This document shows, one piece after another, positions 14,708 to 26,681 of a DNA stretch of 64,000 nt. A program made the translations under genes and the position numbers. Location of the stretch: assembly GCA_000004695.1 (NCBI GenBank), contig CM000154.2, forward strand, positions 1,152,001 to 1,216,000, in the 5' to 3' direction. Under the pieces are notes generated by a model. The model made no database searches. It saw only the letters and a program-made list of their open reading frames with translations, and was not told the DNA's origin. Every line of letters begins with the position of its first letter. Position 1 is the stretch's first letter. This DNA comes from Dictyostelium discoideum. Taxonomy: Eukaryota.

Positions 14708-17551
14708 TTAATTTGTTTTTATGGTATCAGGATCGTCCAATTTAATTTCACCAATATCAGTTGAGATATTTCTAAGAGAATATTTTGAAGGATCACCTAA
14801 ACGACCCAAACGTTCACTTATTAATGATAAAAATGGACCAACTAAAGTTGGAAGATATTCTAAAACTGGTCTCTTTTCTTTCTTTTCCTTTTCTAAATCA
14901 AATTCTTCTTCTTCTTCTTCTTGTTCTTCTTTGTTATCTTTTTCTTTTTCGCTTTCTTTTTGTTCTGGTTCAGAATCTTTTTTATCATTTTTATTTTTTT
15001 TATTTTTTTCATCCTTTTCAATATTTTTCTTTGTTGCTTCTTTATTACCAACTTCCATTCTCCATTCTCTATATTGTATGACACTATCTAATTCTGCAAT
15101 AATTAATTTCTTTAAATTTGGTGAAAGTGGGTCAAAGATTTGTTTTGAAACATCAACTTCTTCATCCTTTAAAAATTGTAATAAACCTAATAACCAACAA
15201 AGTGATAAAGATAATAAACCTGTTTTTTGTTCTGTTTCTTGTTGTGGTGGTTGTTGTTCTGATGTTGATTTTTGATCACTATTTTCACCATTTGGAATTG
15301 GTGATACAGGATTTGATGATGATGAATCTGCTGAATGAAATACTGGTGAATCAAATTGAATCTTTGCATCTGCAACAACCAATTCATGAATTAATTCATA
15401 GATTCTTTCCATTAAAGTTGTATTAACCTCTTCAAAAAGTACTAATCTTTCTGCCATTGTAATTGCTTGTTTTCTATCTTTTTTGAATTTCTTTTTAATA
15501 TTTTTACTCTTTTCTTTTTGATTATCTGTATTTGTACCTAAAAAATCACTAATATCACTTGTGAATTTTGTAAACATTGATGATTCTTTTGGATTTGGTG
15601 ATACAACAACTGTTGGAGTAGTAGTTGTAGTTGTAGTAGTTGTTGAGGTTGTAGTTGAAGTAACAATTATTGGTGAATCAGATGGAGAATCAATTGAGAA
15701 TTCACCACTATCAATATGACCACTATCATTTATTGGACTAGTTGATTCAATACCAATTTTAATTGGAGTTGAAGGTTGAGTTGAAGCCTTGGCATTTGTA
15801 TTGGTGGTTGAGGTAGTTTTTGATTTAAACCAACCTAAAGATTTTGAAAGTAAACCTTTTTTTTCTTCAGTTTGAGGTGGTATTACAAAGGTATCAGAAG
15901 GTGTACCATTATTGAAACTATTACTAGCACTATTATTAATACTATTTGATTTACTACTACTATTACTACCACCTCCATTTACAAATTGATCATCAGTGAT
16001 TTCATCACCACTTAATTCGAAATCATCTACTTCATCTTCACCAACTAAATTACCAGTTTCAGCTGCAACAATTAATTTTTTAATGACTCTTGCTAAACGT
16101 TCAAAGTGATTACCAATATTAGCCTTACAAAATAATTTACCCAATGGTTCATAGAGTACTGGTAAGAGTTCACGAATGATTTCAATCATCTCTTCATTAC
16201 CAAGTATTTCAACGAAATCTTCTTTCTCCTTTTTTCTTTTCTCTAATTTTGCATACTCAAAGAGTGATTTAAATTGTTCTTCATTCAATTGTTGTAAGAT
16301 TGAAGCATCCAATGATGGAGAACCTGGCCATTGATATTGAAGTATTGAAATTGCCGATGGAATCTCTTTGAATTGTAAAATGGGTGAACCAGCGGCATCG
16401 GAAACATGATGAGAATTGTAAGCGAATCCTTTAATTTTTGCTAAAACTTGTTTACGTACGGCATGTTTTAAATCGGATAAATCTTGTTCGGCCTTTTTAT
16501 GAGCTTTCTTTGCGGTACGTTCAGTTTTTGCCGCCTCAACCATTACGGAACAAATGGTTTGCATTAAATTTCTTGCACCAAATGGTTTGGCTAAAAACAT
16601 TAAAATCATACCTTTCAAGAGTGTAACTGGATTGGCGATATTGAGGGATGCTTTGATCGCAGTGATTGGGGTTATCATGTATAGACGTTTTAATTTGGTG
16701 ACTTGTTTTGGGTCCCTCATCTCTCTCTCCATCCAAAGTGATAGAATCTTAATCATAATCTGTATAAACTCTGATAGATCCGGTGGCAAATCCTTGACAT
16801 TCTTTGTTTGAAGTATTGTACCAAACAAATAGCCAATACCATTGGTCGATGAGCCACCCTCCTTATTACGCTCCTCAATGTTCATGACGATCACCTGAGT
16901 CACCTCTGTTAGACGACGTTGTAATCTAACGATGGTTTCATCACGCTCGACATCGTAGATATTGTTCTTTCTTTTCTCTTCCTCCTTCTCATCTTCAATA
17001 TCCTCTAGGGTGTCTTGTTGTTTCAACTTTACAATTTTATCTGGTTTATACTTTTGCAAACGCTCCCATTCCTCTTTATTATAGTCTTTGAACACCTTTA
17101 ATGTTTTATCTTTTTGCTTCTCCTGTGGTGTTCTTAATGCAATATCAAAACATTTCACCACAAACTTTCTAAATTGGTCATTGGTCTCTTGTTTGGTGGC
17201 AATTTGTGATTGAATTATAATATGTGGTAATCTATCAATCAATTGTTGAAATCTAATCTTTGCTTGTTGCTTTGATGTCAACAAAGGAATCGATGTTAAT
17301 TGTCCAAATAAAAATTTTAAAAATAATGTTTCAGTTACATTTTGTGAATTGCTAAAATAAATTTTAACCTCATCTTGTACTGAATATTTTAATAATTGTT
17401 GTTTTAAATATGATTCTTGTTCATATGATAATTTAAATTGTTCATTTAATTCTTTTTTTAATTCTTCATTTTCATTATTTTTATTAATATTAATTTCTAA
17501 TGTTTCTTTAGTTATAATTTCAATTGATTCTTTATTTTCTAAATTTTCCAT
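14708..17551 (-). CDS. Large (947 aa) conserved-looking protein of unknown function, single exon; acidic/K-rich C-terminus and S/T-rich linker
   Basis: ATG at 17551. Structured regions such as 'IYDVERDETIVRLQRRLTEVTQVIVMNIEERNK' and 'LSLWMEREMRDPKQVTKLKRLYMITPITAIKASLNIANPVTLLKGMILMFLAKPFGARNLMQTICSVMVEAAKTER' look domain-like, but I cannot assign a family. Confidence 0.55.
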   Translation of the reverse strand: MENLENKESIEIITKETLEININKNNENEELKKELNEQFKLSYEQESYLKQQLLKYSVQDEVKIYFSNSQNVTETLFLKFLFGQLTSIPLLTSKQQAKIRFQQLIDRLPHIIIQSQIATKQETNDQFRKFVVKCFDIALRTPQEKQKDKTLKVFKDYNKEEWERLQKYKPDKIVKLKQQDTLEDIEDEKEEEKRKNNIYDVERDETIVRLQRRLTEVTQVIVMNIEERNKEGGSSTNGIGYLFGTILQTKNVKDLPPDLSEFIQIMIKILSLWMEREMRDPKQVTKLKRLYMITPITAIKASLNIANPVTLLKGMILMFLAKPFGARNLMQTICSVMVEAAKTERTAKKAHKKAEQDLSDLKHAVRKQVLAKIKGFAYNSHHVSDAAGSPILQFKEIPSAISILQYQWPGSPSLDASILQQLNEEQFKSLFEYAKLEKRKKEKEDFVEILGNEEMIEIIRELLPVLYEPLGKLFCKANIGNHFERLARVIKKLIVAAETGNLVGEDEVDDFELSGDEITDDQFVNGGGSNSSSKSNSINNSASNSFNNGTPSDTFVIPPQTEEKKGLLSKSLGWFKSKTTSTTNTNAKASTQPSTPIKIGIESTSPINDSGHIDSGEFSIDSPSDSPIIVTSTTTSTTTTTTTTTPTVVVSPNPKESSMFTKFTSDISDFLGTNTDNQKEKSKNIKKKFKKDRKQAITMAERLVLFEEVNTTLMERIYELIHELVVADAKIQFDSPVFHSADSSSSNPVSPIPNGENSDQKSTSEQQPPQQETEQKTGLLSLSLCWLLGLLQFLKDEEVDVSKQIFDPLSPNLKKLIIAELDSVIQYREWRMEVGNKEATKKNIEKDEKNKKNKNDKKDSEPEQKESEKEKDNKEEQEEEEEEFDLEKEKKEKRPVLEYLPTLVGPFLSLISERLGRLGDPSKYSLRNISTDIGEIKLDDPDTIKTN

Positions 17552-18443
17552 GTTTTTTTTTTTTTGTTTATTATTATTATTCTTTTTTTTTTTTTTGTTT
17601 TTTGTTTTTTGTTTTGGTAATAGAATAAAAAAAAAAAGAATAAAAAATATATTTATAAGGTTTTTTTTTTTTTATATGTTTTTTTTGTAAAAATTTATAA
17701 AATAAATAATAAATATGTTTTTTTTTTTTTTTTTTTTTGTAAAATAAATTTTTTTTTTTTTTTTTTTTGTGTTTAATATTTAATTAAATTAAATAAAATA
17801 AAAAAAAGGAAAAAAAAAAAAATATATAATAGGGTGGTGGGTTATTGAACGAATAGTTAATTAAATGAAAATTAAAAAAAAAAAATTTCAAAATGTTTTT
17901 TTTTATTTTTTTTTATTTTTTTAATTTTTTTTTATTTTTTACCTGAAATTTGTTGTTCCAAATTAAAACTTCCATGCGTTTATTTTTAAAAAAAAAGTGA
18001 TTCAGAGAAAAAAAAAAAAAAATTTTATAAAAACAAAATAATTATTAAACAGGAAGTCTGATTGTTTGAAAAACTAAAAAACCAAAAAACTGGTTGGTCA
18101 GAAGTAACATTTCTTTTCTTTTTTTTTTTTTTCTTTTCTTTTTTTTTTTTTTTGATTAATTTTCTTTTTTTTAGGTTTTTTTTTTTTTTTTTTTATTTTA
18201 TTTTTTATATTTTAAAAATTTTAATAAATAGTTATTGAGTCTTTCTCTCAATCTTTCTTTTTTTTTTATTCTTTCTACTGCAGTGCTTCTTATGATTTTA
18301 GTGGTGATTTTATGAAATTTAATAAAGTAATATAATAAACTATTGATGGTTTGATAATTGATAATTTTTGGGTTTTGTTTTGTTTTTTTTTTTATAATTT
18401 TATATTTTATATTTAATATTTAAAAAGATTAATCTTAAGATCT

Positions 18444-19348
18444 CTAAGAACCACCACCACCACTAATTACATTTACTAACCAATCTAAACCTTCATAAAT
18501 TCCAACACCATTGATTGCAGATGTTTTAAAAATTGCCCATTGTCTATTCTTTAGTGATGAAAGTTTTAAACCTTCACTAACTTGTGCATCAGATAATGCA
18601 CCTGGTAAATCTTGTTTATTGGCGAAAACCAATAATGGTGTTGTTCTTAATTCTTCCTCTGATAACATTGCTACCAACTCTTCATTTGCTATACCCAGTC
18701 TATCTGGATCTGATGAATCAACTACATAAATAATTGCATTTGTATTTGGATAATAACATCTCCAATAAGGTCTAATTGCACTCTGTCCACCTAAATCCCA
18801 TAAGAAAAATCGTATATTCTTATATGTAATTGATTCTACATTAAATCCAATTGCTAAAATTGTTTTCATTTTATTTTATTTTAAAAAAAAAATAAAAAAA
18901 CAATTAAAATTTGAAATTTACTTTTTTTTTTTTGAAAATAAAATCTGAAATTTCTTGATATTTGATTTAATTAATTACTTACTAGGTATTGTAGTTAAAA
19001 CTTCGCCACATTGTAGTTTATATAAAATAGTTGTTTTTCCTGCTGAATCCAACCCTCTTTTTTTTTAAAAAAAAAATATTAAAACCATGACTCTTATAAA
19101 TTATCTTTATTTTATTTTATTTTTTATTTTTTATTTTTTTTAAGAAAAGAATGACCTAAATGTACATACAATATTAATATTCTAACATCTTTATTACCAA
19201 ATAATTTAAAAAATACAGATGAAAATAAATTTCCTATGATTTAAATTTAAAGATTAGAGATTAATTTTTTTTTTTATTTTTTATTTTTTTTATTTTTTTT
19301 TTTTTGGAAAAAAAAAAAAAAAAAAACGATTAATAAAAACTTACCCAT
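18444..19348 (-). CDS. arl1: ADP-ribosylation factor-like GTPase Arl1 ortholog; 4 exons join(19345..19348,19170..19232,18983..19056,18444..18852)
   Basis: Spliced product [133 protein letters not shown]... aligns almost residue-for-residue with ARL1 (G2 myristoylation, GLDxAGKTT, WDLGGQ, NKQD). Exon 1 is ATGG only, with donor GTAAGT. The ORF-track 'MKTILA' start is intronic read-through. Confidence 0.75.
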
Positions 19349-19809
19349 ATTAATTTATTCTAATAGCAAAAATTAATTATTATTTAAAATATCTATATCG
19401 TTTATTTTTTATTTTTTTTATTTTTAATAATACTAATATGCTATGTATATATAATATATATATGGGTATATATATATATATATTGTTACAATGATTTCTA
19501 TTTATCTTTTTTATTTATTTTTTTTGCGTTTGTTAAATTAAAAAAAAAAAAAAAAAAAATTAAAAAAAAAATAAAAAAATTTTAAATTGAAAAAAAAAAA
19601 AAAAAAAAAAAAATATTTAGGGGGTGGTGACAAAAAAATAAAATAAAATAAAAAAGATTCCAAAATCGACTTTTAAAAAATATTTTATTTTCATTTTATT
19701 TTTTATTTTATTTTTTTTTTTTATCAATGATTTTTAATTTTATTTATTTTTAATTTGGATTCAAGTATAGATAAATAGATTAATCAAAAATACACAAAAT
19801 GATATGAAA

Positions 19810-19849
<40 letters not shown>

Positions 19850-20052
19850 TAATCATTGTTTTTCATATATTTATTTTTATTTTTTTTTTTTTTGAAATCA
19901 AAAATTTTATTTTGCAGGATAATAAATTTTAAAACTTTTGGAAAAAAGATCTTAATAAATCTATTTTATTTTTATTATTTTGTTACATATCTTGATTTTT
20001 TTTTTTTTTTTTTTTTTTTTTATTTATTTATTTGAAATTTCATTTTTTTGAT

Positions 20053-21475
20053 TTATTTTTCATAGGGTTTATTATTTATTTTTAAAACATCAATGATATT
20101 ACCAACAAAAAGTTCTTCACCATCGGCTATTGGGTTACTATGAACAAACAATGCACCAAACAATAATTTACCATTAAATTTACGATAAGTTTCCATTGTT
20201 CTTAATGGTTCATTATCGCCATAAGGATCCAAGATACCAGTTTCTGGTTGAACAGTTGTTAATTTACAACGTGGTGTGAAGGCAACTCTTGATAATAATA
20301 AACCAGAGATTCTAATTTGCTCCCATCTATCCTCTTCAAATGGTGAGCAATCATAACCACTTACTAAAATATTTGGTCTAAAGTTTGAGAAAGTTACAGG
20401 ATCTCTTGGTTTTTCCTTCTTTTCTTTACGAATAGCATCGATATGCATATTGATATCATCGATTGACGACTCTGAAAGAATCATTACTTGTGAGGTATCA
20501 CATAATGCAAATTGGTAATTGTCTCTATCAATTTCAGTTGGCTCTTCAATTATATGATCAACATAATCCTCTGGTACTCTTCTATGATATTCGCCTGGTG
20601 CAATTGTTACTAAACGTGCTTCTGTATCCAAGAATTTGGTTAACCATTCTGAAACTTGATCACCACAATCAACAACATCAACTGTATCTTTCCAAATTCC
20701 AACTTTAATAATTTCTTTATCATTTGTATCACCAATTTTAACCTTTATTTATTTTTTTTATAAAATTAAAATTTATTATTAATTTTTTTTTTTTTATTTT
20801 TTTATTTTTTTTTTTTTTTTTCCCCACCACATACATACACGAATTTCATTTTGACCTTTTGCATTAATGATTAAATATTGACCATCTTCAGAGATATCTG
20901 GTTCAATTAATGCCATTTTTGGAGTTGTACGTTGACTCATGAATCTACCTTGATGAATTAACATAAATCTTCTATCATTTTCAAATCCATATTTATCAAT
21001 TTTACAAGATCTAACTTCAATGCCTTTACATGATTTAACTATAATTTTATTTTATTATAAATTAATATTTTTATAAAGAAAAAAAAAAAAAAAAAAAAAA
21101 AAAATCGTTGTAATCTTATATATAAAGATATTTGGATTTTAAAAAACTTACTTGGGTAAATAATGATTTTTTTAATTCTAAATGGATGATCTCTTGGACT
21201 TGAATCACCTAATGTATTGTTGTTGTTGTTATTAATATTATTATTATTATTATTATTATTGGCATTATTTTTATTTGAATAATAATTGTAAAATGATATA
21301 ATATTCAATGCCAAGATACCAGCACCACTAAAATTGATGATTAGGATGACGTCATCATATTTAAATATTAATATTTAAAATCAATTAGATATTATTTTTA
21401 AATTATAATGTATTTAAATACATACATAAAGTATTTAATATTAGCTTGAACAAAATCTATAAAATTTGAAGACAT
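20053..21475 (-). CDS. MOSC-domain protein (mitochondrial amidoxime-reducing component / MoCo sulfurase C-terminal family); 4 exons join(21426..21475,21152..21327,20839..21038,20053..20742)
   Basis: MOSC_N plus MOSC blocks: '...CKGIEVRSCKIDKYGFENDRRFMLIHQGRFMSQRTTPKMALIEP...' and 'DCGDQVSEWLTKFLDTEARLVTIAPGEY...FALCDTSQVMILSESSIDDIN...RPNILVSG...'. N-terminal hydrophobic anchor MSSNFIDFVQANIKYFIGAGILALNIISFY. Donors GTATGT, GTAAGT, GTATGT; exon lengths are frame-checked. Confidence 0.65.
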
Positions 21476-21599
21476 TTTATTTTTCTATTATAATTATATA
21501 ATTAAAAAAAAAAAAAAAAAAAAAAAAGATAAAAAAAAAAATTAAATTAAAAAAAAAAAAAAAATTATTAAATTAAATTAAAAAAAAAAAAATATTTTC

Positions 21600-21632
<33 letters not shown>

Positions 21633-22417
21633 TTAAATAACGATTTAATTTTATTTATTTTTAAATGTGGATTTTGTATGGATAAATAGAGCACACAAAA
21701 ATACACAAAATGATATAAAATGTAATTACATTTTTTTTTATTTTTTTTTTATTTTTTTTATTTTTTTTTGTTTTTTTAATAAAAAATTTTATTTTAAAAT
21801 TTATATACCATCCATTTTTTAAAATTGTTTTTTTATTTTAAAGAACAACAAGTGGGGAATAAATTTTATATAAAAAATAGATTTTTTTCTTGGATTATAA
21901 AAAAAAAAATTGGTTTTATCAAATCAATTTTTAAGTTTATAATTTCTTATTTTAATTGATTTATGCCAATTCTATCAAACCAATTCTTTTGGTTTTTTAT
22001 TAACAAAAATAATACCTTTACATTTTATTTTACGTGGTTAAAACAATGGTTTTTTTTTTTTTTTTTATTATAAATTTTTTAATTTAATATAAGGTGCATA
22101 GGTAATTGATTAAATAATTTTACTTTCCAAGTATTTTTATTATTTATTTCAAAAAACTTTCTTTTTCTTTTTTGTTTCTTTTTTTTTTCTTTTTTTTTAT
22201 AAAAAAATTTTAAAGGGGGGGATAAAATCTTATTTTACAATCTATAAAAATTGTAATGGGAATTAAGATTTTAATACAAATTAATAAATCTTAATTGCTA
22301 ATAAATTATTTTTTGGATGAAAAAAAAAAAAGAAGGGAAAAAAAAAAATGTATAAAAGAAAAAAATTAATGGACATTTAAAATAAAAATATATTCAAATA
22401 CAATCTTTTAAAATCAT

Positions 22418-22719
22418 GACTCTCTTTTGTAGGTTTTACTAAATTAAAAAAAAGTTTTTTTTTTCAGAATAATAATTAACAATTTGTATTTTTCTTTATA
22501 CTTTTAAAATTAGCATCATTATCATCATTAAGCACTGGTTCTTTGAAATCAAGTGTTTCTTCAATTGAAACTGGTAGTTCAAGTGGTTCATTTGGTTCAA
22601 ATGAAACATCGGGATGGGGTCACCATCATTGGAATAGTTGTCATCCATGTCCACCACCACGTCCAATCTGTCGTCCATGTCCACCACCATGTCGTCCAGT
22701 ACCAAGATGTCATTATTAA
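22418..22719 (+). CDS. hssA/2C/7E-family-like small secreted/Ser-Gly-rich protein with His/Cys/Pro-rich C-terminus; 2 exons join(22418..22430,22514..22719)
   Basis: 13-nt first exon ATGACTCTCTTTT with donor |GTAGGT. Acceptor aaaattAG at 22512-13. Product [72 protein letters not shown]. The MT(I/L)(L/F) start plus an intron after codon 4 and an S/G-rich body is the hssA-family layout. Confidence 0.45.
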
Positions 22720-23199
22720 AGTTTAGTTTTAAATAAAATTAATAAAAAATATATTCAAACACATTGAATTTGATTTTGGAAAATTTACTACCAATAAAAC
22801 TAATGATAATAAAATTCTTTTATTAACAAAATTTATTATTTAACAGAAATATAGAATGTATTAATGATGCTCAAAAAACTGATGATTTAAAATATGTTAG
22901 AGAATGGGTTTATTCCTTTGTGAGTCAATGTCCAATACATAATCCAATAGTTTTTTTTTTTTTTTTTTTTTTTCCTCAAAACAATTACAAAAAATTTGAT
23001 TGTAATTTTTTTTTTTTTTTTTTTTGGGGTTGTAAATTAATAAAAAATAAAATAAATTATAATTTTATTTATTTTGGAGTTGTAAATTAGTAAAAAAAAA
23101 AAAAAAAATAAATAAAAAAAATTTGATTACAACAATTTTAAGATTTATTTATTTATATTTTTTTTTATTTTTTTATTTTTATTTTCCAATACTTTTTTT

Positions 23200-24549
23200 T
23201 CATTTTTTATCTTGATTTTCAATTTGATTTTGATTATCTTTATCTTTATCTTCATCATCATCATCAGTATAATAAGCAAATGGTTGTCTTAATAAACAAG
23301 ATAAGAATAAAGTGATTGGTAAAGATATTAAGGATATGATATATAAACGTTTTGGAGAGATTTTAGTGATGAATGGTAATGCTAAAGAGGCACTACTTAA
23401 TGCCATACAAGTGAGAGTGATTGGATGAACGTTGAAATTAAAGAAATAGTCAAAGATGAAAGGCAATGGAATACCAAATAAAGCATGAGCCAATGAAACA
23501 CGATCCACTGTTTTCTTTTCGTGAGTCACTGATAACATTTTATAACCTGCACCACGATATTGTTCACGAAGTACTTGAGAGAGTGCTAAGAAATGAGGAA
23601 TTTGCCAAATGTACATAAAGGTAGCCAATAGCATACCGATTGCTTCAAATTCACCAGTGGCAGCAACCGAGCCGATTAATGGGGGGATGGCACCGACGAA
23701 TGCGCCAATCCAAGTATTCAAGGGTGTGACCCTCTTCAAATCGGTGTACCAGCAATATAGGATAACATTACATGCTGCCAATGTGCCTGGAACAAATAGT
23801 GATGGTGTGACAGCCATAGTGCCGAATCCCAATGTTAACAATGCTATCGAACCCACCCATGCCTTACCTCTATTAATAGTACCAATTACCAATGGTCTAT
23901 CTTTGGTACGTGGCATCTTTCTATCATGTTGTACCTCAATTTCTTGATTATGAATATTTGCTGAGCATGATGCTAAAAATGTACCAATACTAACTTGACT
24001 CAAAACTACCCAATCAAATGCTCCAATTGGACATGCTGCAACATATCCCGCTATAGCTGTCAATGTAACATAAACTGTAATTGGTAATTTAATTAATGTC
24101 ATATATGGTCCTCTTAAAAATCCTTTAGATTTTGTTTGATTTGATTTTATTGATTGTTCATTATTATTATTACTATTTTCATTATTATTTTCATTATTAT
24201 TTTCATTTTTAATATTATTTTCATTTATATTTGTAGTAGTTGTTGTTGATGTTGTTGTTGTTGATGTTGAATAAATTCTTTTTAAAAATTGATTCTTTTC
24301 TTCAAATATATTGTTATAAATTATTTTTTTATCATTTTGTTGTTTATTTAAAAATTTATCATTTAAAATTATATTATTGTTATTATTGTTATTATTACTA
24401 TAATTATTATTACCACTATTTAATCTGGTTATGGTGGTTGAAGATTTCATATAATAATTTTGAAAATATAATAAACCCCCATTTTTTGAATTGGTAGTAT
24501 TTCGCAATCCTGATTTACTAATATTATTGATAATTTTTGATAACATCAT
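23200..24549 (-). CDS. cox10: Protoheme IX farnesyltransferase (heme O synthase, COX10), UbiA prenyltransferase family, single exon with N-rich presequence region
   Basis: ATG at 24549. Multi-TM core 'KLPITVYVTLTAIAGYVAAC...WYTDLKRVTPLNTWIGAFVGAIPPLIG...FMYIWQIPHFLALSQVLREQYRGAGYKMLSV' matches COX10/CtaB motifs. Confidence 0.8.
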   Translation of the reverse strand: MMLSKIINNISKSGLRNTTNSKNGGLLYFQNYYMKSSTTITRLNSGNNNYSNNNNNNNNIILNDKFLNKQQNDKKIIYNNIFEEKNQFLKRIYSTSTTTTSTTTTTNINENNIKNENNNENNNENSNNNNEQSIKSNQTKSKGFLRGPYMTLIKLPITVYVTLTAIAGYVAACPIGAFDWVVLSQVSIGTFLASCSANIHNQEIEVQHDRKMPRTKDRPLVIGTINRGKAWVGSIALLTLGFGTMAVTPSLFVPGTLAACNVILYCWYTDLKRVTPLNTWIGAFVGAIPPLIGSVAATGEFEAIGMLLATFMYIWQIPHFLALSQVLREQYRGAGYKMLSVTHEKKTVDRVSLAHALFGIPLPFIFDYFFNFNVHPITLTCMALSSASLALPFITKISPKRLYIISLISLPITLFLSCLLRQPFAYYTDDDDEDKDKDNQNQIENQDKK

Positions 24550-24758
24550 CTTTTATCTTAATTCTAATAATAGTGCCAAGTGTTTTTTTTTTTTTTTTTT
24601 TGTTATTTTTTTTAAAAAAAAATTGTTTTTTTTTTTTTTTGAAATAACCTTTGAAGAATGTGTGTGTGTGAGTGAGTGTAGATCTAATCTAAAATTGGTT
24701 TTTTTTTTTTTTTTTAAATTTAGTATCTATTTTCCCCCATAAAATGCTTTGTTGAGAG

Positions 24759-24791
<33 letters not shown>

Positions 24792-25223
24792 TTTTAAATA
24801 CGCACAATTTGTGATTTTTTTTTTATTTTATTTTTTTTTTATTTTTTTTATTTTTTTTTATTTTTTTTATTATTTTTATTTTATTTTTTTTTTATTCTGT
24901 TTTTTTATTTTGCCCCAATAATAAAAATTCTCAAAAGGCTCCTCAATCTGATGGTGTGATTATGGCTCACATCATTATAAAATAATTGAAAATAATTAAA
25001 TTTTTTTTTTTTTTTTTAATCAGTTTATTCTCTTTTTTTAGTTTTTCCAAAAATGGTTTCATAATTAATCAACATTTTTCATACAATTGTATATTTTTTT
25101 TTTTTTCCAGTCCATTTATGATGGGCAGCCTATAATTTTTTTTTTTTTTTTATAAAAATTAATAAAAAAGAATCTATTATTATTCACAGTATTGGAATTA
25201 AATCTCCTCAAAAAAACAAAATC

Positions 25224-25257
<34 letters not shown>

Positions 25258-25512
25258 TGAAATTATCCTAATAATAAAGCATTATCATTCATATATAACA
25301 TTTTTATTTTAATATTTTTTTTTTTTCTTGAAAAAAAAAAATTTGTATTTTGGATAATAATAATAATAAAATTATAAAATTCAACTATTTATAATTTTTT
25401 TTTTCTTTTTTTTTTTTCTTTTCCAATCATATTTTTAAAATCAAAATAGTAAATTAGGATAATAAATAAAGATAATAAATTAAGATAATAAATAAGGATA
25501 ATAAAATAAAAA

Positions 25513-25626
25513 ATGAAAAGAATTATTAATCTAAAAAGAAGAAAAAATAATAAAATAAATTCAAAATATTTTTTAAAAAAAAGACATTTAAAAATTTTAA
25601 TGAAATCAAATCAAATAAAAAAAATA

Positions 25627-25721
<95 letters not shown>

Positions 25722-26520
25722 TAATAATAATAATTTTAATAAAATTAATTTTAATAAAAAAAAATTTAAAATTGGGAATAATTTAAATGAATTAAATTCA
25801 ATAATAATACCAAATGATACAACTCATTTATTATTTTCAAATTATTTTAATTTACAATTAAATCAATTAAAGATACCAAAATCTGTAATTTCAATTAATT
25901 TTATAAATAATTGTTTGTTTAATCAAAAAGTTTGTAAAAATAGTTTTTCAATAATGAATAAATTAAAAATACTTAAATTTGGTGATAATTTTAATAATGC
26001 TGATTTACCAATTAAAAATGGTGATTTACCAATATCTTTAATTGAATTAGATTTGGGAACATTGTATAATCAAGATTTAGAAAAGGGTTCTATACCATTG
26101 AATGTAAAGAAACTATCATTGGGTGAGTCATTTAATAAAGAGTTAAAAGTTGGTGATATTCCACCAAAAGTTGTATCATTACAATTTAGTGAACATTTTA
26201 ATCAAATAATTAAACCAAACGTACTACCAAATTCAATCACTGATTTAACATTTGGTTCAAAATTCAATCAACCTCTATTACCAAATTCAATTCCAAACAA
26301 TTGTAAAACTTTATTTTTTGGTGTAGATTTCAATCAACAAATTCAAATTAATGTCATTCCACCCTCTGTAACTAAAATCATTTTCAATCGGTCATTTTCT
26401 CAAAAAATTTTGCCAAATTCAATAAAATCAAATGTTAAAGAAATCTATTTCAGTAATTCTTTATTAGAATCAGAATTAGAAAATTTACCAAAAACAACAA
26501 AAGTTTATTTTAATTCTTAA
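25513..26520 (+). CDS. FNIP-repeat protein with N-terminal K/N-rich region (N37 tract)
   Basis: Repeats '...LGTLYNQDLEKGSIPLNVKKLSLGESFNKELKVGDIPPKVVSLQFSEHFNQIIKPNVLPNSITDLTFGSKFNQPLLPNSIP...' are typical FNIP units. ATG at 25513. Confidence 0.6.
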
Positions 26521-26681
26521 AAAAAAAATAAAAAAATTAAATAAAATAAAAAAATAAAATAAAATATAACAAAATAAATTTGTAATTAATATCATAATGT
26601 TGTTTATTATTATTTTTTAATAAGAAATATTTTTTTTTGAGTAATTTTAAGGTTTATAAATTTCTTTTTTTTTTTCTTTTT

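Noticed and set aside
16438-16811. Plus- and minus-strand small ORFs inside the 14708..17551 gene (16438..16626, 16536..16736, 16554..16811) and the 184-aa plus ORF 14721..15275
   Set aside because: Overlapping or antisense frames of a long uninterrupted 947-aa ORF. The 14721..15275 product is Ser/Phe/Leu-rich, as expected from the complement of a Lys/Glu-rich coding region.
18444-18869. ORF-track start '[11 protein letters not shown]' for the Arl gene
   Set aside because: The M (ATG at 18867) lies in intronic sequence read through in frame. The true exon begins at 18852 after a (T)nAG acceptor and is joined to three upstream exons, giving a canonical [13 protein letters not shown]-terminus.
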